Part shown: piece after piece, positions 59,151 through 64,000 of the stretch
How the letters are laid out: each line of letters begins with the position of its first letter
Numbering within the stretch: position 1 is the stretch's first letter
Assembly (NCBI GenBank): GCA_965248435.1
Contig: OZ252100.1
Coordinates: forward strand, 3,872,001-3,936,000
From: Candidatus Latescibacterota bacterium
Lineage (GTDB): Bacteria; Latescibacterota; UBA2968; GCA-2709665
DNA length: 64,000 bases
Direction of reading: 5' to 3'
Program-made: the position numbers and the translations under genes
Notes under the pieces: model-generated
The model's database searches: none
Told to the model about the DNA's origin: nothing
The model's input: only the letters and a program-made list of their open reading frames with translations

Positions 59151-60221
59151 ATGAACGTTGCACTGCTGGGAGCGGGCGAGCCTCACTTCGACGGGCACTT
59201 GAAGACGCTGCAGGTTCTGCCCGAGGTAGAAGCCGTTCACGTTTGGGGCGATATCGTCGAGGCGGTGGAAGCGCTCGAAGCGGACAAACCGGCGAAAGTA
59301 GAGACGGTAACGTCCGACCTGGATGATCTGCTGGCGCGAGTGAAACCGTCCTTCGCGATCGCCACGACACGCAACAACCGGAAGCCGGCCATTTTCGCAC
59401 GCCTGCTCGAGGCCGATATTCACCTGATGGCGGAAAAACCTATCGCGAACACCGGCCGGGAGGTCGCCAGCCTCGTGGACCTGGCCGAAAGCCGGGGACT
59501 CGCGCTCGGGACCTGCTATACGAATCGCTACCATCCCGTCATACAGGAGGCGCGCCGGCTGGTCGCGGAGGGACTCATCGGTCCTATGATGTCGATGGAG
59601 ATCAGGATGCTGACGACCCAGCCGGGAATTCGGGACCCGAAGAAATGGCTGTTCCACAAGGAACACGCCGGCGGGGGGATTCTGGCCTGGCTGGGATGCC
59701 ACTACATCGACCTGATGCGCTACATCACCGGTGATGAAATCGTCTCCGTCCAGGCGGAGGTGGCCACGCGAAGCGGCGAAGAGATTGACGTGGAAGACAT
59801 TGCCGTCCTGTCCCTGCGATTCCGATCGGGCGCGGTTGGGTCGCTCCACAATGGATATACCATGGCCCTGAAAGGGGAGCGCTACGGGGACATGCCCGCC
59901 TACGATACGTACATGGGCATCAACGGCCAGCTCGGACGCATCTACTGGGATGATGTCGGCCAACCCAGCCACATGTTTGCCGAGACGACACACGAAGCGT
60001 GGGCTGACTCGCCCGTGAGAGAGTTCGATTTCACCGTCGCGGAGTCGCCCGCCTACAGCGGGGTCCACGGCGAGGCGTTTATGCGGGACTTCATCCACGC
60101 GGCCCAGGGGAAGGGCGAGGTCCCTGCCTCAGGTCGCGACGCCCTGCAGGTTGCCCGGGTGATCGATGGGGCTTACGCGTCGAGTGCTACGGGTCGTCGC
60201 GTTGATATTGAAGCACCATGA
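59151..60221 (+). CDS. Gfo/Idh/MocA oxidoreductase
   Basis: HLMAEKP, GGGILAWLGCHYID, VEDIA. Confidence 0.9.
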   Translation: MNVALLGAGEPHFDGHLKTLQVLPEVEAVHVWGDIVEAVEALEADKPAKVETVTSDLDDLLARVKPSFAIATTRNNRKPAIFARLLEADIHLMAEKPIANTGREVASLVDLAESRGLALGTCYTNRYHPVIQEARRLVAEGLIGPMMSMEIRMLTTQPGIRDPKKWLFHKEHAGGGILAWLGCHYIDLMRYITGDEIVSVQAEVATRSGEEIDVEDIAVLSLRFRSGAVGSLHNGYTMALKGERYGDMPAYDTYMGINGQLGRIYWDDVGQPSHMFAETTHEAWADSPVREFDFTVAESPAYSGVHGEAFMRDFIHAAQGKGEVPASGRDALQVARVIDGAYASSATGRRVDIEAP

Positions 60222-60442
60222 GTGAGGAAGACTCCCGCCACGACCGGGTACCGGGAAAGCAAAACACGGGTACCGGGTACCGTAGAACCGGAGAGCCATT
60301 CAATTGCGGATTGCGGATTTGGGATTGCGGAATGGAAGGCAGGATCACGAAGGGCGTCACGAAATTCCTCGTACAAAAAAATGAGGATTCTGAGAATCGG
60401 AGGGTCACCCCCCGTTAGGCCTTCGGTGACAAGGGAGCCGCC

Positions 60443-61681
60443 GTGAAACAACCGGAGTTTTCGGACTTCCCTCTGGATGAGTACCTTGCCAGGGTCAGTA
60501 GGCTCAGGGCAGCGCTGCAGGAGGCGGAGATCGACGCGCTCCTCGTCAGCAACAAGGAGAACGTGACGTACTTCGCAGGCCTTCTGCACGGCTACTACTG
60601 GGTCACCAGCTGGGACGAGGAGTCTCAATTCGCACTGTTTCCGGCAACAGAGGATGAGCGATGCACGCTCATCACTGCCGAGGGGCTCGAGGAGACGACA
60701 CGGACCAGCTGGATAGAGGACTTGCGGTTGTGGGCACAGTATCGGCCCGGATCGAAGCGGACGCCCCTGACCGTCCTGGTCGCTGCAATCAAAGAGAGAG
60801 GCCTCGAGAATGCCCGGATCGCGGCCGAGATCGGTCCCAATGACAGGATGGCTGCATCTGCAGCGCTTTACGAAGGGCTGAAGGAACAGCTGCCGAACGT
60901 CGAGTTCGTCTCGTGCTACGAGGTGGTCAGCAAGGTTCGCGCGATCAAGTCCGATCGCGAAGTGGCGTGTGTTCGCAGGGCCTGTGACATTACCTGCAAG
61001 GGGTTCGAAGCAGGGCTCAGGGAATTGCGCGGGGGCATGTCCGAGAAGGAGCTGACGCACATCATCTGCTCGACGATGCTGAAGCACAATCCAGAGGGCG
61101 TGGCGGCCGTTCCCTGGTCGATTTTTCTCACTACAAGCGGCCGTAGCCCCGTGTTGTTCGATGCGCCCCCGAGCGACTACCGTTTCAAGAAAGGCGACAC
61201 CGTCTGGATCGATGGAGGTGCCCTATATAAGGGGTACTGGTGCGACATGCTCCGGTGCGCCTCCGTAGGCACGCCGAATGAAGATGTTGTGAGGTTTTAC
61301 GAGGTAAGCCGACGGGGCAACGAGGTCTGTATGGAGATGATCAAGCCCGGTGTGAAGGTTTCGGACCTGTGGAAAGGCTTCGTTGAAACGTGCGAGGAGA
61401 TGGGATTCGCCAGCGAGATAAAACAATCGGTGGACCACGGCTATTCTTTCCTGGGACACAGCATCGGGCTTTCGCTTCACGAACAGCCGTTTATTACCGC
61501 AAACGCGGAAGGACGCGTCGAGGAGAACATGATCCTGACCATCGAAGGGATCGTTCCCGACGTTCTGCCGTGGTCCGAGACACGTATCGCCCTGAAGTGC
61601 GAGGACGACGTCGTCGTGACGAAGGATGGCTTTGAACTGCTGACGCCTCTGTCCAGGGACCTGTGGGTGACGCCGGATTGA
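60443..61681 (+). CDS. M24 Xaa-Pro peptidase family protein
   Basis: RAIKS, YWCDM, GHSIGLSLHE, TIEG, CEDDVVVT. Confidence 0.9.
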   Translation: MKQPEFSDFPLDEYLARVSRLRAALQEAEIDALLVSNKENVTYFAGLLHGYYWVTSWDEESQFALFPATEDERCTLITAEGLEETTRTSWIEDLRLWAQYRPGSKRTPLTVLVAAIKERGLENARIAAEIGPNDRMAASAALYEGLKEQLPNVEFVSCYEVVSKVRAIKSDREVACVRRACDITCKGFEAGLRELRGGMSEKELTHIICSTMLKHNPEGVAAVPWSIFLTTSGRSPVLFDAPPSDYRFKKGDTVWIDGGALYKGYWCDMLRCASVGTPNEDVVRFYEVSRRGNEVCMEMIKPGVKVSDLWKGFVETCEEMGFASEIKQSVDHGYSFLGHSIGLSLHEQPFITANAEGRVEENMILTIEGIVPDVLPWSETRIALKCEDDVVVTKDGFELLTPLSRDLWVTPD

Positions 61682-61976
61682 TCGGGTTTGCACCCTGCCG
61701 GTGCCTCATCGGTTGAGGATTTCACATAAGAATCCTCTGATCCACGGGTTCAAATGCGGGGATATGGATCATGAGCCAGAACAACGGGAAGTTCATAACG
61801 GGTATCATCAGCTACGGGGATCGCATCCACATGCATTGGGATGAAGATACCGGACTGAATACCCCGGACAAAATCGTGGTCCCTGAACCCGAATAGGAAA
61901 GGTGCTGCGACGACGATGTTGCAAGTAAGAGCGGATCGCAACTCACGCGAACGCCGATTCGAGAGGAAAACAGTCG

Positions 61977-63101
61977 TTGAAGGTCGTTTACAGGGGTACT
62001 TGCTACAGAGCTCCAGAAAACTCGAGCAGCCAGAGCTGCGCCTTTCCTGCGATCTGCGTCCTGCCCGGCAGACGCTGGATTTGCGGGTTTCGCGCTGCTC
62101 CGACGAAAGCGGCCACGACCGGACAGCACGTGCTGATCACATGGTCCGACGATGAGGGACGATCCTGGCAGGAGCCGACCGCCCCGTTCGGGCCGACGAC
62201 CGTCGAGGGCAGACCCGGGTTGTTTCGTGGCGCCTATCTGACTGCTCTAGGGGAGCGTCGCGTATTGGCCGTGTTGTGTTGGGTCGATCATTCAGATCCC
62301 GATCTCCCTTTCTTCAACGAGGTAACACAGGGGCTGCTCGATACGCGGATCTTTCTTGCTAGGTCCGAAGACGGCGGCGAGACGTGGTCGAATCCCGAGT
62401 TGATGGATACGTCCCCTTACAAACTGCCGACGCCCATCACCGGGCCGGTTCTGCTGTTATCCAACGGGGACTGGGCCTGCCAGTTCGAGCTCAACAAGCA
62501 TTATGAGGACCGTGCGGAGTGGCGACACTCGTCGGTGATGAAGTTCTCCTCTGACGGAGGGCGTAGCTGGCTCGAGCACGTCGTGACAGCGCACGATCCC
62601 GAAAACCGGATCTTCTACTGGGATCAACGCCCCGGAATCCTGGCCTCGGGCGATATTCTGAACCTGTTCTGGACGTACGACAATCGGGAATCCACGTATC
62701 GAAACATACACGCCAGCGTCTCCTCGGATCACGGACGCACCTGGTCGGAGTTGTGGGATACCGGAGTGCAAGAACAGCCCGCGCAGCCGGTGTCGCTGCC
62801 CGACGGGCGAATCGCCATGGCGTATGTCGACCGGTCGGGCGCGCCCGCGATCAGAATGCGCACGAGTGAGAACGGGGGTCGAAGCTGGCCAGATCGGACG
62901 GAGATGACGCTGTATGACAGTGAGGCGGGGAGCCAGAAGAAGAATAAGCAAAAGATGCAGGATGCCTGGTCCGAGATGCGAGGCTTTTCAGTCGGGTTGC
63001 CTGCAACAGCGTCTTTGAGCAATGGCGAGGTTGTCGTCGTCTACTACGCAGGTCCTGATAAAGACAATACAGAAATCCAGTGGGTCCGCGTGAGAGCGTA
63101 G
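61977..63101 (+). CDS. Sialidase-fold (BNR/Asp-box) protein
   Basis: Five Asp-boxes: SDDEGRSW, SEDGGETW, SSDGGRSW, SSDHGRTW, SENGGRSW. Confidence 0.82.
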   Translation: MKVVYRGTCYRAPENSSSQSCAFPAICVLPGRRWICGFRAAPTKAATTGQHVLITWSDDEGRSWQEPTAPFGPTTVEGRPGLFRGAYLTALGERRVLAVLCWVDHSDPDLPFFNEVTQGLLDTRIFLARSEDGGETWSNPELMDTSPYKLPTPITGPVLLLSNGDWACQFELNKHYEDRAEWRHSSVMKFSSDGGRSWLEHVVTAHDPENRIFYWDQRPGILASGDILNLFWTYDNRESTYRNIHASVSSDHGRTWSELWDTGVQEQPAQPVSLPDGRIAMAYVDRSGAPAIRMRTSENGGRSWPDRTEMTLYDSEAGSQKKNKQKMQDAWSEMRGFSVGLPATASLSNGEVVVVYYAGPDKDNTEIQWVRVRA

Positions 63102-63172
63102 TTAGTAAAGGTTCATCACCGATTTCAAGGAATTGACATTGAAATAAATCCCCCCTGCCCCCCTTTTCCAAA

Positions 63173-64000
63173 GGTTCTTCGTCAAATGTTGGGGTAGAAA
63201 ATAGACGAGACAACGGCATCCGACCTATCTTCAGAGTATCCTCTATAAACCTGAAGGTAGAAAGGAGAGCGCGTTGTCTCAGGTGCAAAGTATATCCTTA
63301 CTGGGTAGGTGGCAAGGGTTTGTGGTAGTTGGCATTCAACGTCAGGAAGCAGACGTTGTTGGAGTCGAGTTACGTCCCAAGACAGGCCGCCTTCCTCGGT
63401 GTGGTGGTTGCGGGAAGAAGGCGTACCGGGTTCATGATTGGGCAGTGCGATTTGCTCAGGATTTGCCGATCTGGGGGTCTCGAACCAGGCTGATCGTGCA
63501 CTCCCGGCGCGTCCTATGTCCCCGATGTGGCTGCCGGACGGAGCAGATTGACTGGCTGGATCGGTATTCACGGGTCACTCAACGCCTGGCTGAAAGTGTT
63601 GTTCGATTGTGCGAAGTCCTGCCCATCCAGCACGTGGCACAGCACTATGGGATGAGCTGGAATACCGTGAAGCGCATTCACAAGACCCATCTCCAGCAAG
63701 AGCTGGAACCGCCGGATTTTGCCAGGGTCACGGTGATCGGCATGGACGAATTTGCGATCCAAAAGGGCCATCGCTACGCCACAGTGATTGTTGACATGGA
63801 GACCAAGCGTGTCCTATGGGTGGGTCGCGGCCGAAGTCGAGAGGACATCCGCCCGTTTTTCCACCTCCTTGGAGAAGAAGGCTGCAAGCAACTTGAGGCC
63901 GTGGCGATGGACATGAACGGTGCCTACGAAGAGGAGGTGCGATCCCATTGCCCGGATGTGGACATCATCTATGACCTGTATCACGTTAAAGCCAAGTACA
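63173..64000 (+). mobile_element. ISL3-family insertion sequence, truncated by the window edge
   Basis: Putative left end GGTTCTTCG followed by the transposase ORF. Confidence 0.85.
63274..64000 (+). CDS. ISL3 transposase (partial; absent from the ORF track)
   Basis: TTG start after AAGGAG; CGGC..CPRC zinc finger, IGMDEFAIQKGHRYATV, VAMDM, YDLYHV. Confidence 0.92.
   Translation, partial: MSQVQSISLLGRWQGFVVVGIQRQEADVVGVELRPKTGRLPRCGGCGKKAYRVHDWAVRFAQDLPIWGSRTRLIVHSRRVLCPRCGCRTEQIDWLDRYSRVTQRLAESVVRLCEVLPIQHVAQHYGMSWNTVKRIHKTHLQQELEPPDFARVTVIGMDEFAIQKGHRYATVIVDMETKRVLWVGRGRSREDIRPFFHLLGEEGCKQLEAVAMDMNGAYEEEVRSHCPDVDIIYDLYHVKAKY

Noticed and set aside
26299-60334. Integron cassette array
   Set aside because: Spacers lack recognisable RYYYAAC..GTTRRRY attC ends, there is no integrase, and the genes are large and metabolic
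61750-61900. Possible gene fragment between the M24 and sialidase genes
   Set aside because: Short open frames on both strands with no recognisable motif

Overview
GC-rich bacterial DNA. The TonB receptor/T9SS cargo/PorV triad, dockerin-like DFxGDGxV motifs and DUF6785-like membrane proteins suggest an FCB-group candidate phylum such as Latescibacterota (inference, not verified). The window is a catabolic island encoding aldo/keto reductases, Gfo/Idh/MocA oxidoreductases, sulfatases, glycoside-hydrolase-like proteins (five paralogous beta-propeller proteins, two GH28-like beta-helix proteins each followed by a membrane protein), peptidases, fhs and a di-heme peroxidase. It also holds several gene remnants and an ISL3 element at the right edge. 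The most unusual signal is non-coding. Intergenic spacers are built from a polar GGGTACC-heptamer repeat system, with a left arm after stop codons and an inverted right arm before start codons. In one spacer the arms bracket a four-helix-bundle (bAvd/23S-IVP-like) gene, in five others they bracket nested palindromic repeat families, and in one of those the left arm has expanded to a 31 x 22-bp tandem array. All product calls come from motif recognition by eye; no searches were run.
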